This document shows, one piece after another, positions 1-9,582 of a stretch of DNA of 64,000 bases. Where the stretch lies: positions 1 to 64,000 of the forward strand of contig JBGSUI010000126.1 of the NCBI GenBank assembly GCA_041736175.1, given 5' to 3'. Position 1 is the stretch's first letter. Every line of letters begins with the position of its first letter. The DNA is from Oligoflexales bacterium (GTDB lineage Bacteria; Bdellovibrionota_B; Oligoflexia; Oligoflexales; CAIYRB01). The notes under the pieces were generated by a model, which was not told where the DNA came from, searched no databases, and saw nothing but the letters and a program-made list of their open reading frames with translations. Both the position numbers and the translations under genes were made by a program.

Positions 1-373
1 GAAAATTGTCTTCCAAAGCCTTTACAAGCTCTACAGATGAGCATTGCATAACTTGCATAATATTTACCGCGTGCTTAGAAGTCGGGAGACTACTAGCATT
101 CATCCAATTAAATAATGCCTGCTTACTAACGCCAATTTCGCGTGCCAAACCTATAATGCTTTTACCATTTACCCTTAAATACTCAGCCACGAATGTACCA
201 AAAGAGGTGGGGTGCTCACTATCGTATAACAGGTTAAACTTGGCACTTTTAGTTAAGCTTTCAGGTAACGAGTGGTCTTTTTCTGAGGCTTGTTTAACAC
301 CTCGGGCCGAACGTTCATCTCTATAAATAACTCCATCATATTTCCAGCCTTTAGCTGTTTTTTTAATTTCCAT
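1..373 (-). CDS. XRE-family HTH protein, putative antitoxin (3' end runs off the window)
   Basis: Manual translation from ATG 373: MEIKKTAKGWKYDG...FGTFVAEYLRVNGKSIIGLAREIGVSKQALFNWMNASSLP, a classic XRE helix-turn-helix. Start overlaps the stop of the upstream DUF4160-like gene. Not in the ORF track. Confidence 0.75.
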   Translation of the reverse strand, partial: MEIKKTAKGWKYDGVIYRDERSARGVKQASEKDHSLPESLTKSAKFNLLYDSEHPTSFGTFVAEYLRVNGKSIIGLAREIGVSKQALFNWMNASSLPTSKHAVNIMQVMQCSSVELVKALEDNF

Positions 374-601
374 GTAGCCGTCTCCATTCTTTTCCAATGG
401 GGTTCTGTCGATCTTTGACAAGTTCAATGACTTTGTTGACCAATGCTTTATTGGGGAAACGATCACCAACAACTTCTACAATAAAATCTGGCAAAAATAC
501 CTTAATTTCAAATCCATCAACATATACGTGGCAATGAACCGGACTATGATCTTTGGGCCAAACATGGATAGAACACCGCCATACTCATAGATTTTGCTCA
601 T
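363..601 (-). pseudogene. DUF4160-family (DhiT-like) toxin with a single-base frameshift near codon 11
   Basis: ATG 601 gives MSKIYEYGGV, then the sequence continues in another frame as IHVWPKDHSPVHCHVYVDGFEIKVFLPDF...EWRRLHGN* (stop 363-365). DH-x-P-x-H-x-H-V motif and C-terminal W fit DUF4160. Confidence 0.7.
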
Positions 602-641
602 CGCATGCCCCCCTTAGGGTAGGCTATCAACCCTATCGGAA

Positions 642-663
642 AAGTCAAGTTTAAACTCGACTT
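642..663. promoter_or_regulatory. Near-perfect 22-bp palindrome, putative TA operator
   Basis: AAGTCAAGTTTAAACTCGACTT, about 40 bp upstream of the DUF4160/XRE pair and next to a CCGATA box on the minus strand. Confidence 0.5.
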
Positions 664-876
664 AAAATTTGTAAGAGCATGGATTAGTTGATTTTTTAAA
701 AATAAAAAATCTACCTGAGCTGACATCTTGTTGATTTTAGCCAGAAAGAGGACTCAACTGGCAGTTCCGGAATGACCGCAACGTCGGAATAGATCTCAGA
801 AGGGGGCTAGCCCCGCATATTTTTCAGGGGAATAAGTAGGGTCGACTGCATCATTTCCGCTAGCCGCAAGACCCGA

Positions 877-915
877 TATTATATCTGGTAGGTATTATAT
901 CTCCCAGATATAATA
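877..915. repeat. Direct and inverted repeat cluster upstream of an ATPase gene
   Basis: TATTATATCTGG (877-888) and CCAGATATAATA (904-915) form a perfect 12-bp inverted repeat; a further TATTATATCT copy lies at 893-902. Confidence 0.8.
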
Positions 916-934
916 GACCCAGGGGGACCTGGAG

Positions 935-2140
935 ATGAGTAAATTTGTTAATAGATTAGATGAGTTGGAAACACTTAAAGAAAGTCAGGCTGGATTAACG
1001 GTCGTCTTCGGGCGGCGGCGTATTGGCAAGACGACGCTTATTGATCGCTGGGGCGAGTCGCAACCTTATTTTTACTCTCAGGCGATTGAAGGTGCCGAGT
1101 CGATCCAGGTCACCCAGCTGGTGGAAGATTTAGCGGACGTTTTACCTGGGGGGCTTAAGGCTAAAAGTTGGGCTGAGCTGTTACCTATTCTGTCATTGAT
1201 TCGCCAAAAGGCTGTGATCGCTATTGATGAGTTTCCATACCTGGTGAGATCCCAGGCATCATTGCCATCGCGTCTGCAAAAGTGGCTCGATCACGATAGA
1301 CCGGAGAACCTTCGATTGGTGCTTTTAGGGTCATCTCAAACCATGATGAATAGTCTTTTCCTAAATTCTAAGGCTCCCCTTTATGAAAGGGCTGATTTAA
1401 TCCTGCACGTCCAACCTATGGGATATAGATTTTTCTGTGAGTCCGTCGGCGTAGATCCATATGATTCGAGCCAGTTTGAGAAATACTCACTTGTTGGTGG
1501 GGTGCCTCGCTACTGGGCATCAGTGAGACATCGAGACTCCGCGCAAGATATTGCGGAGAGACTCTTTTTCAGTCGGTTTGCCCAACTTGAAACGGAGCCC
1601 GACCGGCTCTTAAAAGATGAGGAAATTAACGGGATGCAGGCAAAGTCGATCTTTGAGTGCATCGGTCGCGGTGCCCATAAACCGTCCGAAATTGCCGCTC
1701 GCATGGGGATTGAGCAAACAGCCCTCTCTAAGCCCATCCAAGTTCTTTTACACACATCCTTAGTCAAAAGATCTTTACCATTTGGAGAAAGCACACGTAG
1801 TTCGAAACGAACCCTTTATACGATATCCGACTATGCCTTGATGTTTTGGTATGGGAGCTACTCGCCCCATCGTTCTAGATGGCACACCTATTCAGACAAA
1901 CAAAAGCAGCAGATCATCCATATTCATGCCTCAGCGGTGTTAGAAGATAGTTACCGAAATTTGTTTCCCGACGGCGCCCGCTACTGGGATGGCCAGGAAG
2001 CTGAATTTGACTGCATTCGCTACGCTCCAAGCGATTCCACAAAATTGATCATCACAGAAATCAAACATCGAGAGATCAAGGCTTCAGAAAAGGCGAGTTT
2101 GAGCCAAGAGATGACAAAATATTTCAATTCATCCGACTAA
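935..2140 (+). CDS. AAA+ ATPase (archaeal ATPase/ATPase_2 type) with winged helix and DUF234-like PD-(D/E)XK C-terminus
   Basis: FVNRLDEL start, Walker A GRRRIGKT, Walker B IAIDEFPYL, LLGSS, GGVPRY, wHTH PSEIAARMG, C-terminal EFDCI...ITEIK. Confidence 0.85.
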   Translation: MSKFVNRLDELETLKESQAGLTVVFGRRRIGKTTLIDRWGESQPYFYSQAIEGAESIQVTQLVEDLADVLPGGLKAKSWAELLPILSLIRQKAVIAIDEFPYLVRSQASLPSRLQKWLDHDRPENLRLVLLGSSQTMMNSLFLNSKAPLYERADLILHVQPMGYRFFCESVGVDPYDSSQFEKYSLVGGVPRYWASVRHRDSAQDIAERLFFSRFAQLETEPDRLLKDEEINGMQAKSIFECIGRGAHKPSEIAARMGIEQTALSKPIQVLLHTSLVKRSLPFGESTRSSKRTLYTISDYALMFWYGSYSPHRSRWHTYSDKQKQQIIHIHASAVLEDSYRNLFPDGARYWDGQEAEFDCIRYAPSDSTKLIITEIKHREIKASEKASLSQEMTKYFNSSD

Positions 2141-2157
2141 TCTTAATATCTTTTGAC

Positions 2158-3192
2158 CTACAAAACCGCCCGAGGATCAAAGGCTTTTTGCACGCCCTCG
2201 CCGATAAAGTTAAGCATCATAATCGTCGCAACGATCACGATAAAAACCGAGACGATGATCCACCAGGTCCCATGGGACACATGGGCCTTACCCTGGTTAA
2301 GCAGTTCGCCTAAACTCGCCGTTGGTGAGGGGACCCCAAGGCCGAGAAAATCAAGGGCTGTCAGACCCATAATCCCACCGGACACCCTAAAGGGGAAAAA
2401 CGTAATCACCGGAATCAGGGTGTTTGGGAGGATATGCTTTAACATCACCCGCAGATGACCGGCTCCCAGGGACAGGGCAGCATGGACATACTCAAGCTGC
2501 CGTGCCCGGAGGTACTCGGCCCGGACATAGGCTGCGAGACCCATCCAGCCAAAGAGTGAGAGCAAGACAAAGATCAATCCCAGAGAAGGTGCAAACAGGG
2601 AGCTGAGGATGATGAGCAGATAGAGTTCGTTCTGCGAAGACCAGATTTCAATAAGACGCTGGCTTAGCAGGTCATACCATCCCCCAAAAAAACCCTGGAG
2701 AGCGCCTAAAATCACGCCAATCACAGAACCCACCACGGCTAGAGTCAGACCAAAAATAAAGGACAGCCTAAACCCATAGATCAAACGGGACGCCACATCC
2801 CGCGCCCGGTCATCGGTACCGAGGAGATGCTCCCGGTCCGGTGGAGAAGGGGCAGGGTGGGAGAGGGAGGTGTCCACATACATATAGTCAAAGCCGATGG
2901 GTGGGAAGATCGCCCAGTTTTGGGTGTTTTTAAGGAGATCTTTAAAGAGGTCGTCGGTATAGTCCATCTCGGTTTCAAAAACCCCACCAAATTCTGTTTC
3001 TGGATAGGATTGAAAAACCGGAAAAAACAAGCGTCCGTCTATCTTGGCTATGATCGGTCTTTGGTTGCAGAGGATTTCAGCAAACAAGGTGATGGCGACC
3101 ACAATCGTCAGAATCCAAAGGCTAAGGTATCCTGTTTTAAAACTCTTAAAGAGTCCAAACCTGCGCCGAGCCAAGGCATTAAACACCATCAA
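2158..3192 (-). CDS. yejE: Peptide/microcin C ABC transporter permease
   Basis: HLLGTDDRARDV, EAA-type loop (EYVHAALSLGA), LDFLGLG, FIGEGVQKAFDPR. Confidence 0.85.
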   Translation of the reverse strand: MMVFNALARRRFGLFKSFKTGYLSLWILTIVVAITLFAEILCNQRPIIAKIDGRLFFPVFQSYPETEFGGVFETEMDYTDDLFKDLLKNTQNWAIFPPIGFDYMYVDTSLSHPAPSPPDREHLLGTDDRARDVASRLIYGFRLSFIFGLTLAVVGSVIGVILGALQGFFGGWYDLLSQRLIEIWSSQNELYLLIILSSLFAPSLGLIFVLLSLFGWMGLAAYVRAEYLRARQLEYVHAALSLGAGHLRVMLKHILPNTLIPVITFFPFRVSGGIMGLTALDFLGLGVPSPTASLGELLNQGKAHVSHGTWWIIVSVFIVIVATIMMLNFIGEGVQKAFDPRAVL

Positions 3193-3201
3193 GGTATACC
3201 C

Positions 3202-4239
3202 TCATGTGTCAAAATTAATCCTAGGATCCACTATTACATACATAATATCACTGATTAAATTGCCAACCACAAAAAGCAGCGCAAAAAAGTATTGGGTTGC
3301 CATCACCACGGGGTAGTCCCGAGACATGACCGAGTTAAACGATAAAAGTCCGAGTCCATCGAGGGAAAACAGGGTTTCGATCAGGAGGCTCCCCGCAAAA
3401 AACATTCCTAAGAAATTTCCGGCAAACCCGGTTACCAGGGGGATCAGGGTGTTGCGAAAGATATGTTTATAAAGCACGACTTTGTAGGACAACCCTTTAG
3501 CCTTAGCTGTAAGGACATACATCTGTTCCATACAGTCGATGACGGTGTTTTTGGTCAAGGAAGTCATCACCGCAAAACTACCTATATTAAGACAGATCAG
3601 CGGCAAGACCAGGTGGTGCAAGTAGTCTAGAATTTTGTCGGAGGTGGAAAGGGTCGCAAAATTGTCGGACACAAGCCCGCGGATCGGGAAAACGTCCCAG
3701 TAGGATCCGCCGCCAAACAGCAAAATCAACAGGACCCCTAAGACAAATCCCGGGATGCTATAGCCGATAAAAACCACAAAACTCGTTAAAAAATCAAAGG
3801 TCGTCCCCTTACGGACAGCCTTGGCGATGCCCAAGGGAATACAGGTCGTATAGGTGAGAAAAAACGAAAAAATCCCTAGAGATATTGACACGGGAAACTT
3901 GTCGACCACCAGCTCTAAGACGCTCTTATGGTGAAAATAGGACTCCCCAAACTGAAAGGTCAAAAGTTTCCACGTCCAGGTCAAGAGTCTCTCCCAGAGG
4001 GGTTTATCAAACCCATAGAGCTTTTTAAGCTCCAAAACCTGCTCCTGGTCCAAACCTTGGCGGAGTTTTTGGCGGGAGACTTCTCCTCCCACCTCGCCGC
4101 CCCCTAGGTGCTGCTGTTTAGCGATAAACTGCTCGACGGGTCCTCCGGGGACGAGTTGGATCATCAAAAAGTTGGTGAGAATCACTCCCAATAGAGTGGG
4201 TATAAAAAACAGGATCCGCCGCAGGATATATGGTCCCAT
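3202..4239 (-). CDS. yejB: Peptide/microcin C ABC transporter permease
   Basis: YILRRILFFIPTLLG, PGGPVEQ, YGFDKPL, GSLLIETLFSLDGLG, VDPRINF. Confidence 0.9.
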   Translation of the reverse strand: MGPYILRRILFFIPTLLGVILTNFLMIQLVPGGPVEQFIAKQQHLGGGEVGGEVSRQKLRQGLDQEQVLELKKLYGFDKPLWERLLTWTWKLLTFQFGESYFHHKSVLELVVDKFPVSISLGIFSFFLTYTTCIPLGIAKAVRKGTTFDFLTSFVVFIGYSIPGFVLGVLLILLFGGGSYWDVFPIRGLVSDNFATLSTSDKILDYLHHLVLPLICLNIGSFAVMTSLTKNTVIDCMEQMYVLTAKAKGLSYKVVLYKHIFRNTLIPLVTGFAGNFLGMFFAGSLLIETLFSLDGLGLLSFNSVMSRDYPVVMATQYFFALLFVVGNLISDIMYVIVDPRINFDT

Positions 4240-4290
4240 GATTCTAGTCCTTCGTGTCTCTTAAGAAGACCCATCCCTAAGTAAAAAAAT

Positions 4291-6162
4291 TTAGAGAGGT
4301 TGGCCTTTAGCGACCGCTGCTTGGAGTTGTTTGTCCTTGGCTTTGTCGATCCATAGATAGTCGATCAGTTGGAGCGGGTTATAAAACTTGGGGAGCACCT
4401 TAGGAAACCCCAGTTTGTCCCAGTAGGCGAGGCGATGTTTGCTGCTATACCAGTTATGCACCAAGATATGTTGGTGGTAGAGCACCCGGTCAAGACACCG
4501 GGTCATGAGTTCAAGCTCTTCGCGGGTTTTGGCGTAGATGATTTTTTCTACGAGGCTATCCACCACTTTGTTTTTAAGTCCGGTGTAGTTATAGGAACCG
4601 TTGGCATCAGCCGCCTGGGTGGTCCATTGGTCCTTTTGTTCGTTACCAGGGGACTGGGATTGGCCCACGTTGATGACCGTCATATCAAAGTCACGGTCGT
4701 TAAGCCGTCTGACATAAACGCTATCTTCTTTAGTTTCCAGTTGGATTTCGATGCCGATTTTTTTCAGATTTTGTGCATAGGGCTCAAGGATCCGCTCAAA
4801 ACCCTGACCTTGGAGCAGAAACTTAACCTTGAGGGGGCCGTGGGGTCCGACGGCAAGGCCGTCCTTAATCTGGTAGCCAGCTTCCTTTAGGAGGAGGGCG
4901 GCTTGGCGGAGTCGTTTTTTGATATCTTTTTCGGCCCCCAACCAACCCAGCTCCTGGGTAAAGACTTCGGGCGGGAGATCAGCCTTAAAGGGCTGGAGGA
5001 CCGCGAGTTCTTCCGGTGTTGGGAGGCCTGTGGCTTTGAGAGGGGAGTTTTCAAAAAAACTACGGCTCTCAGTATATTGATCATAAAAAAGGTTTTTGTT
5101 GGCCCAGGCAAAATCATGGGCTAGGACAAAAGCTTTGCGTACCCGTGGATCTTGAAAGAGGGGGCGGCGCAGGTTAAAGCCAAATCCCTGGACCCCCTGG
5201 TTGTTTTGGTTGGCTAGGAAATCTTTTTTGATCCATTTGAGTTTTTCAAAACGCTCGCCTCCAAGATCCAAAGCCCAGACTTTGGCGCTGTTGACCGCAT
5301 AGAGGTCGAAGTCACCTTTTTTAAAACTTTCGACCAAGGATGTTTGGTCTTTGTAATACTTCACCATAATCTCGTCGAAATTATAGCGGCCACGGTTTAA
5401 AAGTTGGTCTTTAGCCCAAAACTGTGGATTGCGCTCAAAAAGGATAAACGCGCCCACTTTGAAGTCCTTGATCCGGTAGGGTCCCGAACCCATAAGCTTA
5501 GTGGCAAAGGCACTGCCAAAATCACCTTTTTCGTAGTACTTTTTTGATAGGAGCGGGATTTGGGTGGTGATCATGGGCAACTCAGGATTGACCTGCTTAA
5601 AGGTAAACTTAACCTGATCGGGAGCGATCACGGTCACATCCGAGATATCAGCCCAGTAAAATTTAAAAAAGCTCTGAGCTTTGTCCGAAATCAAAATTTG
5701 GTGGCTAAATTTGACGTCTTCGGCAGTGATCGGGGTGCCATCTGCAAACTTAGCCAGGGGATCGATTTTGACCCACATATGAAGCCGGTCCTGGCTCAAG
5801 GCATAGGCTGAGGCGACAGATGGGTAAACACTAAAAGGTTCATCTAAGGTTTGATCTCCAAGCTCTTGAAAAACCAGTGACCGGACGAATGCCGGAGGGT
5901 CGCCTTTTAGGGAAAACGGGTTAAGGGAGTCAAAACTTCCAGGCATCCCTAAGGTTAACCGTCCGCCTTTCTCGGCAGCCGGCTGGGCATAGTCTAACGC
6001 CGGGGACGAGGGCTGGTATTTGGCCTGACCGTGGAGGATCAGGCTTGTCTCCCAAGGGCCCCCCCAGGCTGATGGGTCTGGCGGGGCTGATTGGGCTGGG
6101 AAACCTAGAATATTTATAAACAAAGTTATAAACACAGTTATAAACATCCCTAGACTTTTCAC
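4291..6162 (-). CDS. yejA: ABC transporter family-5 substrate-binding protein
   Basis: Signal peptide, GSFDSLNPF, GRYNFDEI, QSQSPGNEQ motifs; heads the yejABE operon. Confidence 0.85.
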   Translation of the reverse strand: MKSLGMFITVFITLFINILGFPAQSAPPDPSAWGGPWETSLILHGQAKYQPSSPALDYAQPAAEKGGRLTLGMPGSFDSLNPFSLKGDPPAFVRSLVFQELGDQTLDEPFSVYPSVASAYALSQDRLHMWVKIDPLAKFADGTPITAEDVKFSHQILISDKAQSFFKFYWADISDVTVIAPDQVKFTFKQVNPELPMITTQIPLLSKKYYEKGDFGSAFATKLMGSGPYRIKDFKVGAFILFERNPQFWAKDQLLNRGRYNFDEIMVKYYKDQTSLVESFKKGDFDLYAVNSAKVWALDLGGERFEKLKWIKKDFLANQNNQGVQGFGFNLRRPLFQDPRVRKAFVLAHDFAWANKNLFYDQYTESRSFFENSPLKATGLPTPEELAVLQPFKADLPPEVFTQELGWLGAEKDIKKRLRQAALLLKEAGYQIKDGLAVGPHGPLKVKFLLQGQGFERILEPYAQNLKKIGIEIQLETKEDSVYVRRLNDRDFDMTVINVGQSQSPGNEQKDQWTTQAADANGSYNYTGLKNKVVDSLVEKIIYAKTREELELMTRCLDRVLYHQHILVHNWYSSKHRLAYWDKLGFPKVLPKFYNPLQLIDYLWIDKAKDKQLQAAVAKGQPL

Positions 6163-6292
6163 CAGCTTTACCCCGTTGTTTTTAAGTTTATGGACAGCCC
6201 TTCTTGACAGAGACCGCTAAACATTTGAAAATACGATCCATGTTGATCTCTTCTGAGTCTAACCTAGTTTACTAACAAATGAGGAGTCCCCC

Positions 6293-6760
6293 ATGGGAAT
6301 TATGAACTACAGTCAGCGGTTGCGTGCATTGGGATTGGGCGTGGCACGTCGTGCTACCTGGATAGCTCTCTCTGCTGGGACAGCAACTGGAACAGTGGGT
6401 CTTTTGGTGACACCCGTAGGATTTGCCGAAGAGGCCAAAGCTCCAGAGGTGAGCTTTGAAGAGCTTAAAGGACTTGTGGCCAAAAAAACCGCAGTGCTCG
6501 TTGATGCTAATGGTAGCTCGACCTACAAAGAAGGCCATATCCCTGGTGCTATCGATTTTGAAAAACACGAGGGTGACCTGGGAAAAGTGCTTCCAAAAGA
6601 CAAGAAAACACTTATTGTGGCCTATTGTGGTGGTCCCCTTTGTGTGGCTTGGGAAACCGCTGCTAAAAAACTCAAGACCCTTGGCTATACCAACGTCAAG
6701 CACTTTAAAGGTGGTCTCAAAGGATGGAAAGACTCAGGACAGGCTCTCAGCAAAAGCTAG
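6293..6760 (+). CDS. Exported rhodanese-domain protein
   Basis: Signal-like N-terminus, LVDAN, GHIPGAI, active-site YCGGPLC, LGYTNVKHFKGGLKGW. Confidence 0.85.
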   Translation: MGIMNYSQRLRALGLGVARRATWIALSAGTATGTVGLLVTPVGFAEEAKAPEVSFEELKGLVAKKTAVLVDANGSSTYKEGHIPGAIDFEKHEGDLGKVLPKDKKTLIVAYCGGPLCVAWETAAKKLKTLGYTNVKHFKGGLKGWKDSGQALSKS

Positions 6761-7944
6761 CCCCTTCGGTCGTCACAGGAGCGATTCTGGTGACGATGGC
6801 TCTTAAAGCCCCGTTCTATCGACTGCGCCATGATTTGGGCCGTGAGCTTGTGGTCGCGGTCTCTAGCCTGATCTTTATCGGGACTTTTTTGTATGTTTTT
6901 GAAGATTTTTTAAATGTACAGGTGGCGAGCCTTTCAACTAACCTCCGTTGGTGGATGGCTGCTATCCTCCAGGGAGCCCTTGCCTTGGGAGTGGCCCTCA
7001 GCACGGGGTTTTCCCTGAGCCACCAGCGGCAGGCCCCTCGCGGCATCGAGGCGACGGCCCGGTTTCTGGCAGAAGACCCCAAGACCCTGGTCGCCTTTCG
7101 CCGGGTTTGGGCGGTGTTGCAAGGGTCGACATCCTTTGGGCTAGTCGGTCTTATCAGCTCTATGTGGCTGGTGCCCTTGGATCTCAGGGGAAACATCTTG
7201 ATGTTTGTCGCGATGGGTCTCTTGGCCTGGCTCAGCTATGCACTTGCTTTACGCCGTCCGGGGAGACCCTCCCCACTTGCTTTACGTCGTCCGGTGAGAC
7301 CTTCCCCCGTCATGGACGCAAGCCCTGTTGTTGCTATGACCCAGTTTCGGATCTTGCAGCTCTTCCATGGCAAACCCCAACTCCGCTGGGGGATTCGTCT
7401 CTCCCAAGGCGCTGTAGCCCTTGCCGCTCCTGCGAGTCTAGCCCTGACCCGTCTGGGTTTTCTTGCTGGTTTCGGAGGGCTTCTGGCCGGGTTGATCCTC
7501 GCCGCATGGTTTGTGGTTTTTATCGCCGAGGATCTCACTCAGACCTGGACCGAAAAAGGCACGGGAATGCACCACAACGACTATATAAAAACCCTGGAAA
7601 TCTTAAGCTGGCGGCTAATCCGCTGGCCCCTAGTGGTGTCGCTCCTGCTGACATCCCTGGTCATAAGCCAGAGACTAAGCCTCTCGTCGTCCTCGACAGA
7701 GATCCTCGCTTTATTCTCTTCTATGCTGCCCGCGGCTTTGACTGGTGCCTTGGGCGTGCTGCTGGTCCCTTGGGTGGTGATGCAGATCGACGGGACGAAA
7801 CCAGCGATTCCCCTGATGACCGTCACCATTATGGGGCTATTTATCGGCTCGGCGATGTTAGCCCATCCTCTCGGGATCCTGTTAGTGCCCTTGATTAGGA
7901 GCTTTGCGCTTAACTACCAGCAAGGACGGTTTTACCGAAGTTAA
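6724..7944 (+). CDS. Hypothetical polytopic membrane protein (start uncertain, possibly 6796)
   Basis: About 10 hydrophobic segments; no family recognised. Confidence 0.6.
   Translation: MERLRTGSQQKLAPSVVTGAILVTMALKAPFYRLRHDLGRELVVAVSSLIFIGTFLYVFEDFLNVQVASLSTNLRWWMAAILQGALALGVALSTGFSLSHQRQAPRGIEATARFLAEDPKTLVAFRRVWAVLQGSTSFGLVGLISSMWLVPLDLRGNILMFVAMGLLAWLSYALALRRPGRPSPLALRRPVRPSPVMDASPVVAMTQFRILQLFHGKPQLRWGIRLSQGAVALAAPASLALTRLGFLAGFGGLLAGLILAAWFVVFIAEDLTQTWTEKGTGMHHNDYIKTLEILSWRLIRWPLVVSLLLTSLVISQRLSLSSSSTEILALFSSMLPAALTGALGVLLVPWVVMQIDGTKPAIPLMTVTIMGLFIGSAMLAHPLGILLVPLIRSFALNYQQGRFYRS
7241..7306 (+). repeat. In-frame 33-bp tandem duplication (LALRRPGRPSP / LALRRPVRPSP)
   Basis: CACTTGCTTTACGCCGTCCGGGGAGACCCTCCC followed by a copy with 3 mismatches. 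Confidence 0.85.
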
Positions 7945-7966
7945 GGCACTGCCATTTAAATATAAC

Positions 7967-8830
7967 CTAGGATTTCCATAAAGGTAGCTTTAGGTATATG
8001 CGTCCATTAGACTCAGGGTCCGGTAATTCACCCGCTGCAATGTTTACCTGAACACTGGGATAAAGAAGCCGCGGGGCTGCAAGGGTAGCATCTCGAGCTT
8101 TGCGAAACTTGAGAAAATCACTCTCGTTGGTCTCAGCGGTCAGCTGAATGTTGTGCCGCTTGGACTCCCCTATGGTCGTTTCAAAGGCCAACTCCCGCCC
8201 ACCAGGCTGGTAGTCATGGCCGACAAACACGCGGGTGGCGTCGGGTAGCTTGTAAAGTTTATTTACCACGGACTGGTATAAGTGTTGGGCATCGCCCCCG
8301 GGAAAATCGCAGCGACCGGTGCCGTAGTCGGGCATAAAGAGGGCGTCCCCTGTGAAGACCGCCCTATCAAACAAGTAACTATGACAGGCGGGTGTATGAC
8401 CGGGCGTGAACAAGACTTTAAATTGGAGACTTCCTGCATTAACCACTTCGTTTTCTACAAAAAGGCGGTGGAATTGGCTGCCATCGGTCTTAAAGGTGGC
8501 TGGAAAGTTGAAGATCTCTTTAAAAGTCTCCTGCACCAGAGTGATAGGTTTCCCGATCCCAATCTGGGCCGAGGGAAGATAGTGGGTTACCAGCTCGTGG
8601 GCGCCCGAAAGATGGTCTGCGTGGGCATGGGTCTCGAGGATAAAATGCACTTTAAGGGATTTTTTCTGTAAAAAGGCGACCAAGGAGTCAATGGATTTGG
8701 TGCTTATCGTAACACTCGCTGGATCAAAGTCTAAAACAGGATCAATCACGACGGCGTCTAGAGTCTTTTGGTCATAGAGCACATAGGTCAAAGTGTAGGT
8801 TTCGGGATCGAAAAAAGCGGTGATTACCAT
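7967..8830 (-). CDS. Persulfide dioxygenase-like MBL-fold hydrolase (ETHE1/Blh type)
   Basis: IDPVLDFD, ETHAHADHLS, TPGHTPAC, GDALFMPDYGTGRCDFPGG, GHDY, PSVQVNIAAG. Confidence 0.9.
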   Translation of the reverse strand: MVITAFFDPETYTLTYVLYDQKTLDAVVIDPVLDFDPASVTISTKSIDSLVAFLQKKSLKVHFILETHAHADHLSGAHELVTHYLPSAQIGIGKPITLVQETFKEIFNFPATFKTDGSQFHRLFVENEVVNAGSLQFKVLFTPGHTPACHSYLFDRAVFTGDALFMPDYGTGRCDFPGGDAQHLYQSVVNKLYKLPDATRVFVGHDYQPGGRELAFETTIGESKRHNIQLTAETNESDFLKFRKARDATLAAPRLLYPSVQVNIAAGELPDPESNGRIYLKLPLWKS

Positions 8831-8977
8831 GGGCTTAAATCCTAGTAAAAAATCGTGATTTTCTAAAAATCTCGAAAAGGAAACTCCACGATAAGTATGC
8901 CGCCCATTAGCGGCATCAATAAAGGATCTAGGTCCAAAGAGCTACCTCTTTAGTGACTCTACAAACCTACCTTACTT

Positions 8978-9466
8978 TTAAAGGAGATGGGACGGATTTC
9001 TTACATTGATCAGAAAACGACAGCGGGTTTCTGGCTGGGGTACAACAGGCCGGGTACAGGTGACATCATCAGCCAAGACTCCGATGATATCGGGTTCTCC
9101 CGTAAAAAAGAGTCCTCCTGCATCGAGTAAGATTTGGTAGAGGCTTGCGGCGTCCTTCATGCTAGGAGTCAAGACCTCCTGGGTTTCAAGGATAACAGAG
9201 CATTCTGGGTGTCTGCGAGGGCCGATGGCTCGTTGGCAGGTTATGGTTTGGGCTTTGATGTTTTTGGCACCTAGGAGTCGATCAGTATCCAGGACTCCAG
9301 AGTTTTCCATGGCATCCAAGAGTTGATTGGCTGCGGGTCCACTCAAGTTGACAAGCCCTGATCTTGGGTGGGAATGGGTGGGAGTGGAGGTGCTCTTTCC
9401 GCTGGATGAGTCACAACCGGTCAGAACCCCAAACACTAACATTAAAGGTAGATAAGCGTTTCGCAT
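8978..9466 (-). CDS. Hypothetical lipoprotein
   Basis: Lipobox LTGC; two loosely repeated Cys-paired halves (AQTITC...PEC and ADDVTC...TRC). Confidence 0.65.
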   Translation of the reverse strand: MRNAYLPLMLVFGVLTGCDSSSGKSTSTPTHSHPRSGLVNLSGPAANQLLDAMENSGVLDTDRLLGAKNIKAQTITCQRAIGPRRHPECSVILETQEVLTPSMKDAASLYQILLDAGGLFFTGEPDIIGVLADDVTCTRPVVPQPETRCRFLINVRNPSHLL

Positions 9467-9582
9467 ATTAGGTCTCCAAGTGAATTTAAAGCTTTTAAAA
9501 AATAACGGACTGCTGAAAGCGATAGCCCCTTATAGCTGATCTCCAGTCAAGAGTGTTAGACCTGGCCGGCCAGTTAACACAT

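Noticed and set aside
6..326. Plus-strand 106-aa ORF
   Set aside because: Shadow of the minus-strand XRE gene.
6948..7898. 316-aa alternative-frame ORF and other long antisense ORFs (e.g. 33732-34544)
   Set aside because: They overlap well-supported genes and have no recognisable motifs.
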